DNA from: an uncultured Chloroflexia bacterium
GTDB taxonomy: Bacteria; Chloroflexota; Limnocylindria; Limnocylindrales; CSP1-4
DNA length: 64,000 nucleotides
Reading direction: 5' to 3'
NCBI GenBank assembly: GCA_963840375.1
Contig: CAWIYR010000002.1
Coordinates: forward strand, 896,613-960,612
Every line of letters begins with the position of its first letter. Positions within the stretch are counted from its first letter, which is position 1. A model generated the notes under the pieces. The model was given only the letters and a program-made list of their open reading frames with translations, ran no database searches and was not told the DNA's origin. The translations under genes and the position numbers were made by a program. Shown here in pieces: positions 37,534 to 46,944 of the stretch.

Positions 37534-40299
37534 GTGACCGTCGAGGGCGTCGTCCAGGGTGTCGGCTTCCGGCCGTTCGTCTGGCGGCTGGCCCACGAGC
37601 TGGGACTCGACGGCGTGGTCCTGAATGCCGCGGGCCGGGTCGAGATCCGGGTCGCGGGCCCAGCGCAGGCGGTCGAGCGCTTCATCGAGCGGCTCGCCTC
37701 CGACGCCCCGCCCCGGGCCCGGGTGGAGCGGGTGGTCGCGGCCGAGATCGCGATGGATGCTTCCCCCGAGATCGCCGCCGCACCCCGGCGCGGCTCGGGC
37801 TTCACGATCGAGGAGAGCGTGGCGGCCGCGTCCGTGGTCCGCCTCTTCCCGCCCGACATCGCCACCTGCGACGACTGCCTTCGGGAGCTCTTCGACCCGA
37901 ACGATCGGCGCCATCGCTACCCGTTCACCAACTGCACGAACTGTGGGCCCCGGGCCACGATCATCGAGGAGCTGCCCTACGACCGGGCCCGGACGTCGAT
38001 GCGCGACTTCCCGCTCTGCGAGGCCTGCGAGCGGGAGTACCGCGACCCGGCCGATCGCCGCTTCCACGCCGAGCCGGTCGCCTGCCCGGCCTGTGGCCCG
38101 CGGCTCGCCTTCCGTCGAACCGGCGACCCGGCGCCGATCCGGACCGGCGACGCCGCCCTGGCCGAGGCCGTCGGCGAGATCGTCGCCGGACGGGTGGTCG
38201 CGGTGAAGGGGCTCGGCGGCTACCATCTCGCCTGCGACGCGACCGACGGTGCGGCCGTCACCCGGCTCCGCGACCGCAAGCGCCGCTGGGCGAAGCCGTT
38301 CGCGGTCATGGTCCGCGACCTTGCCGCGGCCCGCTCGATCGCTCAGCTCACGCCGCTCGAGATCGAGCTGCTCACCTCGCCCGCCCGGCCGATCGTGCTG
38401 GTGTCGATCCGCCCGGACGCTCGTCCGGCGATCGCGCCCGAGGTGCTGAACGGGAACCGCCGGATCGGGCTCTTCCTGCCGTACACGCCGCTCCATCACC
38501 TCCTGCTCGAGGCGACCGGCCGACCGGTCGTGCTCACCAGCGGCAACCTCTCCGACGAGCCGCTCGTCACCGACGATGACGAGGCGCTCGCCCGGCTGGC
38601 CGGGATCGCCGACGCCTTCCTGGCCCACGATCGCCGGATCCGGGCGCGCTACGACGACTCGGTGACCCGGGTGCTGGGTCGGGGCGTCACTGCCCGCGAG
38701 TCGATCATCCGGCGCGGGCGCGGCTACGCCCCGGACCCGCTGACCCTGCCCGTCGAGCTCCCGGCCGGCGAGGTCGTCCTGGCCGCCGGAGCCGAGCTGA
38801 AGCACACGTTCGCCCTCGCGGCCGGGTCACGGGCCCACGTCGGACCGCACGTCGGCGACCTGGAGGATCTCGCGACGCACCAGGCCTTCCTGGGGAACCT
38901 GGCCCACCTCCAGCGGCTCCTCGCCCTCGAGCCCGGACGGGTCGTCCACGACCTGCATCCGGGGTACCTGTCCACCCGGTTCGCGCTCGATCGGTTCCCG
39001 GCCGACCGACGGATCGCCGTCCAGCACCACCACGCCCACGTCGCGTCGTGTGCCGCCGAGCATGGGGTCACGGTACCGTTCCTCGGGATCGCCTACGACG
39101 GCCTGGGGATGGGCGATGACGGGACCTTCTGGGGCGGCGAGGTTCTCATCGCGGACCTTCGCGGCTACCGTCGCTTCGCCCGCTTCGGGCTGGCGCCGAT
39201 GCCCGGTGGGGCGACAGCCGTCCGCAAGCCCTACCGGATGGCCCTGGGCTACCTGTTCGGCGCCGAGGGCGACCCGACGGGCGACCCGCTCGCGGGCGCG
39301 ATCGCCGACGGGGTCGCGGCGGCCTTCCTCGCCCGGCTCGACCCCCGTGAGGTCGAGGTCGTCCGGGTCCAGCTCCGTCGCCGGCTCAACGCCCCGCTCG
39401 CCTCGAGCGCCGGTCGGCTCTTCGACGCGGCCAGCAGCCTCATCGGTCTGCGCGACGTCGCCGAGTTCGAGGCCCAGGCGGCGATCGACCTCGAGATGAC
39501 CGCCGACCCGACGGCTCGTGGTCGGCTTCCGTACCGCCTCGTCCGGCGCGACGGCCTGCTGGTCTACGACCCGCGACCCACCCTGCTCGGCCTCCTCGAG
39601 GGGCTCGCCGGGGGGACGACGCCGGCCGTTCTGGCCGCCCGCTTCCAGGCCACGATCACGGCCGTCACCCGGGAGTTGTGCGCCGAGGCCCGCCGGTCGA
39701 CCGGGATCGAGGTCGCCTGCCTGTCCGGCGGGGTCTTCCAGAACCGCCACGTCGCCGATGCGCTCCTGACCGGTCTGGCTCGCGACGGCTTCGACGTCCA
39801 CATCAACGAACGGGTCCCGGTGAACGACGGGGGCATCAGCTACGGCCAGGCGGCCGTGGCTGCCGCCCGGCTCGCCGCCTCGTCCGCTCGCCCCCGCGGC
39901 CGGCCCGGCCGCCGCGCTCACCCGGAACCCCTGAGGAGGACCACCGCCATGTGCCTCGGCATCCCCGGCAAGGTCATCGAGATCCGCGACGAGGCGGGTC
40001 TGCGGATGGGCCGCGTCGACTTCGGCGGCGTCCGCAAGGAGGCCTGCCTGGCCTATGCGCCCGAGGTCGAGCTCGGCGACTACGTCATCGTCCACGTCGG
40101 GTTCGCGATCAGCAAGGTCGACGAGGAGGAGGCCCTCCGGACGCTCGAGCTCCTGAGCACGATGGGCGACCTCGTCCAGCAGGAGCTGGCCACGATGGGC
40201 CCGGGGATGAGCCTGCCCGCCGTGGTCGACGACCCGATCCCCGACCCGGCGGCCGGGCCGGGCAGGACCGCGCCGCTCGCCGGCGGGCCCGTGGCATGA
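37534..40299 (+). CDS. hypF: Carbamoyltransferase HypF; frame stays open through hypC as written
   Basis: Acylphosphatase motif [10 protein letters not shown], two zinc fingers (CDDC...CTNCGPR, CEAC...CPACGP), YrdC-like and Kae1-like domains, ...[10 protein letters not shown]. The start is uncertain (GTG 37534; alternative GTG 37426). There is no in-frame stop before the hypC ATG at 39949. HypF-like sequence ends near 39870. Confidence 0.85.
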   Translation: MTVEGVVQGVGFRPFVWRLAHELGLDGVVLNAAGRVEIRVAGPAQAVERFIERLASDAPPRARVERVVAAEIAMDASPEIAAAPRRGSGFTIEESVAAASVVRLFPPDIATCDDCLRELFDPNDRRHRYPFTNCTNCGPRATIIEELPYDRARTSMRDFPLCEACEREYRDPADRRFHAEPVACPACGPRLAFRRTGDPAPIRTGDAALAEAVGEIVAGRVVAVKGLGGYHLACDATDGAAVTRLRDRKRRWAKPFAVMVRDLAAARSIAQLTPLEIELLTSPARPIVLVSIRPDARPAIAPEVLNGNRRIGLFLPYTPLHHLLLEATGRPVVLTSGNLSDEPLVTDDDEALARLAGIADAFLAHDRRIRARYDDSVTRVLGRGVTARESIIRRGRGYAPDPLTLPVELPAGEVVLAAGAELKHTFALAAGSRAHVGPHVGDLEDLATHQAFLGNLAHLQRLLALEPGRVVHDLHPGYLSTRFALDRFPADRRIAVQHHHAHVASCAAEHGVTVPFLGIAYDGLGMGDDGTFWGGEVLIADLRGYRRFARFGLAPMPGGATAVRKPYRMALGYLFGAEGDPTGDPLAGAIADGVAAAFLARLDPREVEVVRVQLRRRLNAPLASSAGRLFDAASSLIGLRDVAEFEAQAAIDLEMTADPTARGRLPYRLVRRDGLLVYDPRPTLLGLLEGLAGGTTPAVLAARFQATITAVTRELCAEARRSTGIEVACLSGGVFQNRHVADALLTGLARDGFDVHINERVPVNDGGISYGQAAVAAARLAASSARPRGRPGRRAHPEPLRRTTAMCLGIPGKVIEIRDEAGLRMGRVDFGGVRKEACLAYAPEVELGDYVIVHVGFAISKVDEEEALRTLELLSTMGDLVQQELATMGPGMSLPAVVDDPIPDPAAGPGRTAPLAGGPVA
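39949..40299 (+). CDS. hypC: Hydrogenase assembly chaperone HypC, with a 41-aa Pro-rich C-terminal extension
   Basis: [12 protein letters not shown] (essential N-terminal Cys) preceded by a GAGGAGG RBS. Nested in frame inside the hypF ORF. Its stop overlaps the hypD start (ATGA at 40296-40299). Confidence 0.85.
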   Translation: MCLGIPGKVIEIRDEAGLRMGRVDFGGVRKEACLAYAPEVELGDYVIVHVGFAISKVDEEEALRTLELLSTMGDLVQQELATMGPGMSLPAVVDDPIPDPAAGPGRTAPLAGGPVA

Positions 40300-41447
40300 A
40301 GTACCTCGACGAGTACCGCGACCCCGTACTCGCCAGGAAGCTCATGGCCGAGATCCACCGGATCACGACCAGGCCGTGGACGCTCATGGAGGTCTGCGGC
40401 GGCCAGACCCACACGATCGTGAAGCAGGGCATCGACGAGATGCTCCCCGACGGCGTCCGGATGATCCATGGGCCGGGCTGTCCGGTCTGCGTGACCCCGC
40501 TCGAGCAGGTCGACAAGGCCCTGGCCATCGCCGCCCGGCCGGACGTCATCTTCACCAGCTACGGCGACATGCTCAGGGTCCCCGGCTCCACCACCGACCT
40601 CCTCTCGCTCAAGGCCCGCGGCGCCGACGTCCGGATCGTCTACTCGCCGCTGGACTCGGTCCGGATCGCCCGGGCGAACCCGGATCGCCAGGTCGTCTTC
40701 TTCGCGGTGGGCTTCGAGACGACCGCTCCGGCGAACGCGATGGCGGTCTGGCAGGCCGCCCAGCTGGGGGTCGACAACTTCTCGATCCTGGTCTCCCACG
40801 TCCTCGTCCCGCCGGCGATGATCGCCCTGCTCGAGTCGCCCAACAACCAGGTCCAGTCGTTCCTGGCCGCGGGCCACGTCTGCGCGGTGATGGGCTGGAC
40901 CGAGTACGAGCCGATCGCCGCGAAGTACCACGTGCCGATCGTGGTGACCGGCTTCGAGCCGCTCGACCTGCTCGAGGGGATCCTCATGGCGATCCGCCAG
41001 CTGGAAGAGGGTCGGGCCGTCGTCGAGAACCAATACGTCCGGGCCGTCAAGCGCGGCGGCAACGCGCTCGCCCAGGAGACGATCTTCCGGGTCTTCGACG
41101 TGGGCGAGCGGACCTGGCGGGGGATCGGCGAGATCCCGGACTCCGGCTACCACCTCAAGCCCACCTTCGCGCGGTTCGACGCCGAGACGAAGTTCTCGGT
41201 CGCCGAGATCCACACCAGGGAGCATCCGGCCTGCATCGCCGGGGCGATCCTGACCGGCGAGAAGTCGCCCCTGGACTGCACGGCCTACGGCGTCCTGTGC
41301 AGCCCCCAGAAGCCGCTCGGCGCGCCGATGGTCTCGTCAGAGGGGACCTGCGCCGCGTTCTACTCGGCGGGGCGGGGGATCGGCGCCCCGGCCCGGCCGC
41401 TGCCGATGGTCGAGCCGCTTACCCTCCGGCCGGAGGCGATCCGATGA
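40296..41447 (+). CDS. hypD: Hydrogenase formation protein HypD
   Basis: MKYLDEYRD..., [28 protein letters not shown]-terminal cysteine motifs. Confidence 0.95.
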   Translation: MKYLDEYRDPVLARKLMAEIHRITTRPWTLMEVCGGQTHTIVKQGIDEMLPDGVRMIHGPGCPVCVTPLEQVDKALAIAARPDVIFTSYGDMLRVPGSTTDLLSLKARGADVRIVYSPLDSVRIARANPDRQVVFFAVGFETTAPANAMAVWQAAQLGVDNFSILVSHVLVPPAMIALLESPNNQVQSFLAAGHVCAVMGWTEYEPIAAKYHVPIVVTGFEPLDLLEGILMAIRQLEEGRAVVENQYVRAVKRGGNALAQETIFRVFDVGERTWRGIGEIPDSGYHLKPTFARFDAETKFSVAEIHTREHPACIAGAILTGEKSPLDCTAYGVLCSPQKPLGAPMVSSEGTCAAFYSAGRGIGAPARPLPMVEPLTLRPEAIR

Positions 41448-42577
41448 CCGGGGTGCGGGACGGCGACGGCCTCCCCGCGATCGGGACGGCCGCCGCGTCT
41501 GACCCCCTGCCCGGCTCGGCGGCCCGGCCGGACCCCAGCGGGGCGGTCTGCCCCGCCCCGATCCCGGAGGTGGAGCGGGTCCTCCTGGGTCACGGGTCCG
41601 GCGGGCAGCTCTCGGCCGCGCTCATGCGCGACGTCATCGCACCGGCCCTGGCCGGCGCGAGCCCGGGCGGCCCGCTCAACGACGCCGCGATCGTCGAGAC
41701 CGGCGGCCAGCGGCTCGTCTTCACCACGGATTCGTTCGTGGTCAGCCCGATCGACTTCCCGGGCGGCGACATCGGCGACCTGGCGGTGAACGGGACGGTC
41801 AACGACCTGGCGATGATGGGCGGTACCCCGATCGCCCTGTCACTCGCCTACGTCATCGAGGAGGGGCTGCCGATCGAGGACCTCCGCCGGGTCACCGAGT
41901 CGGTCGCCCGGGCGGCCTCGCGGGCCGGCGTCCCCGTCGTCACCGGCGACACCAAGGTCGTGAACCGCGGCGCCGCCGATGGCATCTTCGTCAACACCGC
42001 TGGGATCGGCGTGGTCCCGGACGGTGTGGCCCCGGCCGCCGACCGGGCTCGAGCCGGTGACGTCGTCCTCCTGTCCGGGGCCATCGGGCTCCACGGGGTC
42101 GCGATCATGAGCGTCCGCGAGGGGCTCGACTTCGAGGTCGAGATCGCCTCGGACAGCCAGCCGCTCCACGGGATGGTCGGCGCGATCCTGGCGGTCGACC
42201 CGGACGTCCACGTCCTGCGCGACCCGACCCGCGGCGGGCTCGCCTCCGCCCTCAACGAGATCGCCGCCACCTCGGCGGTCGGGATCGTCCTGGAGGAGTC
42301 CGCCGTGCCGATCCCGGGACCGGTCCGGGCCGCCTGCGAGATGCTCGGGCTCGACCCGTTCCACGTCGCCAACGAGGGCAAGTGCGTGGCGATCGTGGCC
42401 GCCGACCGGGCCGCTGCGGTCCTCGCCGCGATGCGTGCCTGCCCGGAGGGCGCCGAGGCCGTCCGCATCGGCGAGGTCGTCGCCGAGCACCCGGCGATGG
42501 TCACGATCCGGACCATCGTCGGCTCGGAACGGATCGTGGACATGCTCGTCGGGGAGCAGCTCCCCCGGATCTGCTGA
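41444..42577 (+). CDS. hypE: Hydrogenase expression/formation protein HypE
   Basis: LGHGSGG..., AIR-synthase-like fold, and the C-terminal PRIC with the carbamoyl/cyano-accepting Cys. ATGA overlap with hypD. Confidence 0.95.
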   Translation: MTGVRDGDGLPAIGTAAASDPLPGSAARPDPSGAVCPAPIPEVERVLLGHGSGGQLSAALMRDVIAPALAGASPGGPLNDAAIVETGGQRLVFTTDSFVVSPIDFPGGDIGDLAVNGTVNDLAMMGGTPIALSLAYVIEEGLPIEDLRRVTESVARAASRAGVPVVTGDTKVVNRGAADGIFVNTAGIGVVPDGVAPAADRARAGDVVLLSGAIGLHGVAIMSVREGLDFEVEIASDSQPLHGMVGAILAVDPDVHVLRDPTRGGLASALNEIAATSAVGIVLEESAVPIPGPVRAACEMLGLDPFHVANEGKCVAIVAADRAAAVLAAMRACPEGAEAVRIGEVVAEHPAMVTIRTIVGSERIVDMLVGEQLPRIC

Positions 42578-42578
42578 G

Positions 42579-43286
42579 ATGGCCATCGGCGAGGCGACCA
42601 TCACACCTCGCGCCACCGCCGTCGCCAGGATCCGGGACGTCCTCCTGGGTGGCCAGGACGGCCTGGTCAACGTGCTCGGGCTGGTGCTCGGGCTGGCCGT
42701 CGCCACCGGTGACACCCGGGTCATCATCACCGCTGCGCTGGCCTCGATGTTCGCCGAGTCGATCGCGATGGCCGGTGTCGCCTTCACCTCGAGAGGGGCC
42801 GAGCGGGCCTATGCGGACGATGCTCGCGGCGAGCTCCAGGCCCTGCTGATCCAGCACTCCACCGAGCGGATCGAGCGGCGGCGGGCGGCGCTGATCCACG
42901 CCGGCCGAGACGTCGACCTGGTCGACGCGACGGTCGAGGCGATGATCGACGAAGCCGCTGGATGGCAGGCCAGCCTGGAGCTTCTCGAGCGGTCCCTGGC
43001 GCCGATCCGTCAGGCGCAGCCGGCCAGGGCCGCGGCCATCGTGGGGCTGTCAACCTTCGTCGGGTCGGCGATCCCCCTCGTGCCGTTCCTCGTGCTCCCC
43101 GTGGCCGAGGCTTCGATCGCCGCCCTGCTCCTGGCTGGGATCGTCCTGTTCATCGCGGGGGTCGAACGCGGGCGGATCACCGGCGGCGCGCGGCTCCGGT
43201 CCGGGATCGAGCTGGTCGCGATCGGGTTGGCGTCGGCGCTGGCCGGGTTCCTCATCGGCCGCGCGCTGCGGGCGCCGGGGGCCTGA
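42579..43286 (+). CDS. VIT1/CCC1 family Fe/Mn transporter-like membrane protein
   Basis: VLLGGQDGLVNVLGLVLGLA...SMFAESIAMAGVAFTS...coiled middle...three C-terminal TM helices. It starts 1 nt after the hypE stop. Confidence 0.75.
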   Translation: MAIGEATITPRATAVARIRDVLLGGQDGLVNVLGLVLGLAVATGDTRVIITAALASMFAESIAMAGVAFTSRGAERAYADDARGELQALLIQHSTERIERRRAALIHAGRDVDLVDATVEAMIDEAAGWQASLELLERSLAPIRQAQPARAAAIVGLSTFVGSAIPLVPFLVLPVAEASIAALLLAGIVLFIAGVERGRITGGARLRSGIELVAIGLASALAGFLIGRALRAPGA

Positions 43287-43396
43287 TCGGGGACGCCCCT
43301 CGGGACGACCGGCCCCCCGCCACGGTGACCGCCGGCCCCTGCCGACCGGGCCCCCCGGCACTCATCCGCATCTGCGCATACGTCGATAGTCCGGGT

Positions 43397-43783
43397 ATGG
43401 ACGAGATCTACCAACTCCAGGCGGAAGTCCTGAAGACGCTCGCCAGCCCGCGCCGGCTCGAGATCCTCCACCGGCTCGCGGAGGGCCCCTGCGAGGTCGG
43501 CCGCCTGGCCGAGGAGCTCGGGCTCACGCAGCCGAACGTCTCGCAGCACCTCGCGCTCCTCCGGTCCGCCGGGGTCGTCGAGGCGGAGCGCGACGGTCGA
43601 GAGGTCCGCTACCGGCTGGCCGACGGCGACGTGATCGTCGCCTGCTCGATCATGCGCGGGGTCCTCCAGCGCCGGATCCGGCGGCTCGCCGGCATCTCGG
43701 ACGAGGCGGACCAGCGGGTCGAGGACGCACCGGCGGTCCCACCTACGACTTCCGGCAGCCCCATCGCCGTCACCACGAACTGA
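43397..43783 (+). CDS. ArsR/SmtB family transcriptional regulator (two-Cys, possibly persulfide-sensing BigR/SqrR-like)
   Basis: LKTLASPRRLEILHRLAEGPCEVGRLAEELGLTQPNVSQHLALLRSAGVV...VIVACSIM. Confidence 0.8.
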   Translation: MDEIYQLQAEVLKTLASPRRLEILHRLAEGPCEVGRLAEELGLTQPNVSQHLALLRSAGVVEAERDGREVRYRLADGDVIVACSIMRGVLQRRIRRLAGISDEADQRVEDAPAVPPTTSGSPIAVTTN

Positions 43784-43796
43784 GGTTCAGCACGTC

Positions 43797-44210
43797 ATGG
43801 ACGAACCCCTCAACCTGGTCCTCTTCTCCGGGACCGACGATAAGCTCCAGGCCGCCGCGGTCCTCGCCGCCGGCGCCGCCGCGCTGGGCAAGCCGGTCAA
43901 CATCTTCCTCCAGTACTGGGCGCTCGACTCCTTCCGGGCCGACCGGATCGAGCGCGACCACGGCCTCGCCCCCGAGGCCGGCGCCGAGGGCCGCGGCCAC
44001 GTCGACGCCCTCCGGGCGGCCGGCCAGGCCAGCTGGGCCGAGACGTTCCGCCAGGCCAAGGAGCTCGGCTCGATAGACATCCAGGCCTGCTCCCTGTCGA
44101 TGGACCTGCTCGCGCTCGAGCAGACCGACCTCGACCCGCTCGTCGACGGCGTGGAGGGCGTGACCGCCTTCTACCTGAACGCCGGCGAGGGGCACCTGGT
44201 CTTCATCTGA
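43797..44210 (+). CDS. DsrE/DsrF-like sulfur-relay family protein
   Basis: LNLVLFSGTDDKLQAAAVLAAGAAALG...IQACSLSMDL shows the DsrE fold pattern with a conserved Cys. Confidence 0.7.
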   Translation: MDEPLNLVLFSGTDDKLQAAAVLAAGAAALGKPVNIFLQYWALDSFRADRIERDHGLAPEAGAEGRGHVDALRAAGQASWAETFRQAKELGSIDIQACSLSMDLLALEQTDLDPLVDGVEGVTAFYLNAGEGHLVFI

Positions 44211-44244
44211 GCATCAACCCGCGCACGAAGGAAGGAGTGCACTC

Positions 44245-44484
44245 ATGGCACCGATCGTGGAAGTCGATCAGCGGATCGACGCTCGAGGCCTGTCCTGCCC
44301 GATGCCGATCGTCAAGACCGCCCAGGCGATGAAGACGATGACGGCGGGCCAGGTCCTGGAGGTCCTCGCCACCGACCCCGGATCCCTGAAGGACTTCGCC
44401 GCCTGGTCCAAGTCGACCGGCAACGACCTTCTCGAGACCACCTCCGACGGCGCGGTCTACCGCTTCGTCATCGCCAAGAAGTGA
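44245..44484 (+). CDS. tusA: TusA/SirA-like sulfurtransferase
   Basis: IDARGLSCPMPIVKTAQAM carries the CPxP active-site motif; 79 aa. Confidence 0.85.
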   Translation: MAPIVEVDQRIDARGLSCPMPIVKTAQAMKTMTAGQVLEVLATDPGSLKDFAAWSKSTGNDLLETTSDGAVYRFVIAKK

Positions 44485-44491
44485 GGTCGAG

Positions 44492-45049
44492 ATGACCGTC
44501 GCCGAGGCCACCGTCCGCGAGGACGCGCCAGTTCCCGCTCCCCAGGCCGCCGTCGCCCCAGAGGCCGAGGTGAAGCCGAAGGACATCCTGATCATCAACT
44601 ACAGCGGCGAGCTCGAGAAGGTCTGGGCGACGATGATCCTCGCCTCGACGAGCGCCGCCATGGGCGTCAAGACCCGCGTCTTCGTGACCTTCTGGGGCCT
44701 CCAGGTCTTCGTCAAGGACGAGAAGCGGATCACCGGCGACAACGCGATGCAGAAGATGATGTCGGCCATGCAGCGGCCGGGCATCAGCCATCGCAAGCTC
44801 AGCAAGATGAACTTCCTCGGGATGGGCCCCTGGATGATGCGCAAGCTCGCCAAGCAGTACAGCGTCGCGAGTCCCAAGGAGCTCCTCGAGGCGGCCCAGC
44901 TCATGGGCGTCGAGTTCATCCCGTGCCAGATGACCATGGACATGTTCGGGCTCAAGCCCGAGGACATGATCGAGGGCATGGCCGAGCCGGCCGGCGCCGC
45001 GACGGTCATCGGCCTGATGACCGAGCAGTCGGTCCCCCTGTTCATCTGA
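44492..45049 (+). CDS. DsrE/DsrF-like family protein (DsrE2-like, longer form)
   Basis: ILIINYSGELEKVWATMILASTSAAMG...FIPCQMTMDMFGL. Confidence 0.7.
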   Translation: MTVAEATVREDAPVPAPQAAVAPEAEVKPKDILIINYSGELEKVWATMILASTSAAMGVKTRVFVTFWGLQVFVKDEKRITGDNAMQKMMSAMQRPGISHRKLSKMNFLGMGPWMMRKLAKQYSVASPKELLEAAQLMGVEFIPCQMTMDMFGLKPEDMIEGMAEPAGAATVIGLMTEQSVPLFI

Positions 45050-45098
45050 TCCCAGCGCGTCCCGACGACCGCTCCACCACCAAAGGCAGGAACCCACG

Positions 45099-45350
45099 AT
45101 GACCGAGACCACCGCCCTCCCCGAGATCACCCGGACGATCGACGCCCGCGGCAGCTTCTGCCCCGGTCCCCTGATGGAGCTCATCCGCGCCATCCGCGAG
45201 GCCCAGGTCGGCGACGTGCTCTCGGTCTACTCCTCGGACAAGGGCAGCAAGACCGACATCCCGAAGTGGATCGAGAAGGCCGGCCACAAGCTGCTCGCCC
45301 TCGAGACCCGCGACGGCTTCGACGAGATCATCGTCGAGAAGATGCGGTAG
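45099..45350 (+). CDS. Second TusA/SirA-like sulfurtransferase
   Basis: IDARGSFCPGPLMELIRAI carries a CPxP-type motif; 83 aa. Confidence 0.8.
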   Translation: MTETTALPEITRTIDARGSFCPGPLMELIRAIREAQVGDVLSVYSSDKGSKTDIPKWIEKAGHKLLALETRDGFDEIIVEKMR

Positions 45351-45357
45351 CTGTCCG

Positions 45358-46515
45358 ATGAAGCGCATCCTCATCCTCGGCGGCGGGGTCGGGGGGACCC
45401 TCACCGCGAACCTTGTCTCGCGCAAGCTCAAGCGCGAGATCGACCAGGGTGAGGTGGACGTCACGGTCGTCGATGCGACCGGCAGCCACGTCTACCAGCC
45501 CGGTTTCATGTACATCGCGATGGGCGGCGAGCGGGCCGCCAACCTCGCCCGGCCGGAACGCTCGCTGCTCGACCACCGGGTCCGGCTCGTCGTGGGCGAG
45601 GTCGACCGGGTCGACGAGGCGAAGCGGACCGTCGCTCTCAAGGACGGGATGGAGCTGGCCTACGACCAGCTCGTCCTCGCCTCCGGCTCGCGGATCGTCC
45701 CCGAGGCGATCGAGCACTTCGCCGAGGAGGCCCACCACTTCTACACGGCCGAGGCCGCCGCCAAGCTGCGGAAGGCGCTCGACACGTTCAAGGGCGGCAA
45801 GATCGTGATCGGCATCGCCGGGATGCCCTACAAGTGCCCGCCGGCGCCGCTCGAGGTCGCCTTCCTCATCGAGGCCGAGCTCCGAGAGCGCGGTCTCCGC
45901 GAGAAGAGCGAGATGCACTTCTGCTCGCCGATCGGCCGGGCGTTCACGATCGAATCGGTCAGCGAGATGGCCACCCCGATCCTCGAGGAGAAGGGGATCG
46001 AGCTTCACACCTTCTTCAACGTCGAGGCGATCGACCCCGCGAGCAAGCAGGTCCTCAGCCTCGAGGGCGAGGAGCTCCCGTACGACCTGCTCATCCTCGT
46101 CCCGCCCCACAAGGGCCAGCAGTTCCTGATGGACTCGGGGATCGCCCCGGCGCCCGGGGGCTGGCTGCCGACCGACCGGAACACCCTCCTGGTCGGCGGG
46201 CGCTCGAACGTCTTCGCCCTCGGCGACGCCACCGACCTGCCGCTCTCGAAGGCCGGCTCGACGGCTCACTTCGAGGCGCCCGTGGTGGCCGAGCGGATCG
46301 CCGCGGCGATCCAGGGCCGCGAGCCCAGCGGGAAGCACGCCGACTACGCAGGCAAGGTCATGTGCTTCTTCGAGATCGGCGACGGCAAGGGCACCCTCCT
46401 CCAGTTCGACTACGACCACCCGCCGAAGCCGCCGAAGCCGAACCGGATCTGGCACCTCGGCAAGATCGTCTTCAACAAGACCTACTGGCACACCGTCCCG
46501 AAGGGCCGCGTCTAG
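45358..46515 (+). CDS. sqr: Sulfide:quinone oxidoreductase-like FAD-dependent oxidoreductase
   Basis: ILILGGGVGG (FAD fold), PYKCPPAPLE and KVMCFFE cysteines, ALGDATD. Confidence 0.75.
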   Translation: MKRILILGGGVGGTLTANLVSRKLKREIDQGEVDVTVVDATGSHVYQPGFMYIAMGGERAANLARPERSLLDHRVRLVVGEVDRVDEAKRTVALKDGMELAYDQLVLASGSRIVPEAIEHFAEEAHHFYTAEAAAKLRKALDTFKGGKIVIGIAGMPYKCPPAPLEVAFLIEAELRERGLREKSEMHFCSPIGRAFTIESVSEMATPILEEKGIELHTFFNVEAIDPASKQVLSLEGEELPYDLLILVPPHKGQQFLMDSGIAPAPGGWLPTDRNTLLVGGRSNVFALGDATDLPLSKAGSTAHFEAPVVAERIAAAIQGREPSGKHADYAGKVMCFFEIGDGKGTLLQFDYDHPPKPPKPNRIWHLGKIVFNKTYWHTVPKGRV

Positions 46516-46586
46516 CGGCCGCTCCCGGACCGCGTCAGGCGGTCATCGACCCGGGCCATGGGCACCCTCTGGCCCGGACCCTCGCG

Positions 46587-46619
46587 CGACGCCCCGGACC
46601 GCCTTCCACCGGGGCGTCG
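46587..46619. terminator. Strong GC hairpin between convergent genes (candidate bidirectional terminator, no U-tract)
   Basis: CGACGCCCCGG (46587-97) pairs with CCGGGGCGTCG (46609-19): an 11-bp perfect stem with an 11-nt loop. Confidence 0.4.
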
Positions 46620-46673
46620 TCGCGTCCGTCGCCCGGTCCGATCGTGGTGATCGCGACCGGGCCGTGAGGTTCG

Positions 46674-46857
46674 TTACTTCTTGACGACGATCCCGCCGGC
46701 GCTGAGGGCGATCGGGCTCGCGGCCGTGCCGACCCGGTGGTACAGCGTGCCGGCCGATGTGGTCGCGGCACGTGCCGGTCGCGAGGGCCCGGCGGCGGTC
46801 GCGCGGGATGTACGCCTCGGGGTTGTCGCGCTGGAGCTCGACCGTGGCGTCGCCCAT
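46674..46857 (-). pseudogene. Small ORF (about 61 codons) of unknown function, split by a +1 frame change
   Basis: ATG at 46857 followed by 37 codons with 37/37 G/C at position 3 (MGDATVELQRDNPEAYIPRDRRRALATGTCRDHIGRH). GC3 then collapses. The +1 frame shows 23/23 GC3 codons (LYHRVGTAASPIALSAGGIVVKK) ending at TAA 46674. The total of 184 nt is not a multiple of 3. Confidence 0.45.
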
Positions 46858-46932
46858 GGTCGGCCATTGTGCCCCGTCGCGGGACCGTCGTGGAGGGGGT
46901 GGCGCCGGTCACCCGGGTCGCAGCCGGCCCCC

Positions 46933-46938
46933 TACAAT
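46933..46938 (+). promoter_or_regulatory. -10 box TACAAT positioned for a leaderless transcript of the aminotransferase gene
   Basis: TACAAT ends 6 nt before the GTG start at 46945. There is no SD in between (cctccc). Confidence 0.4.
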
Positions 46939-46944
46939 CCTCCC

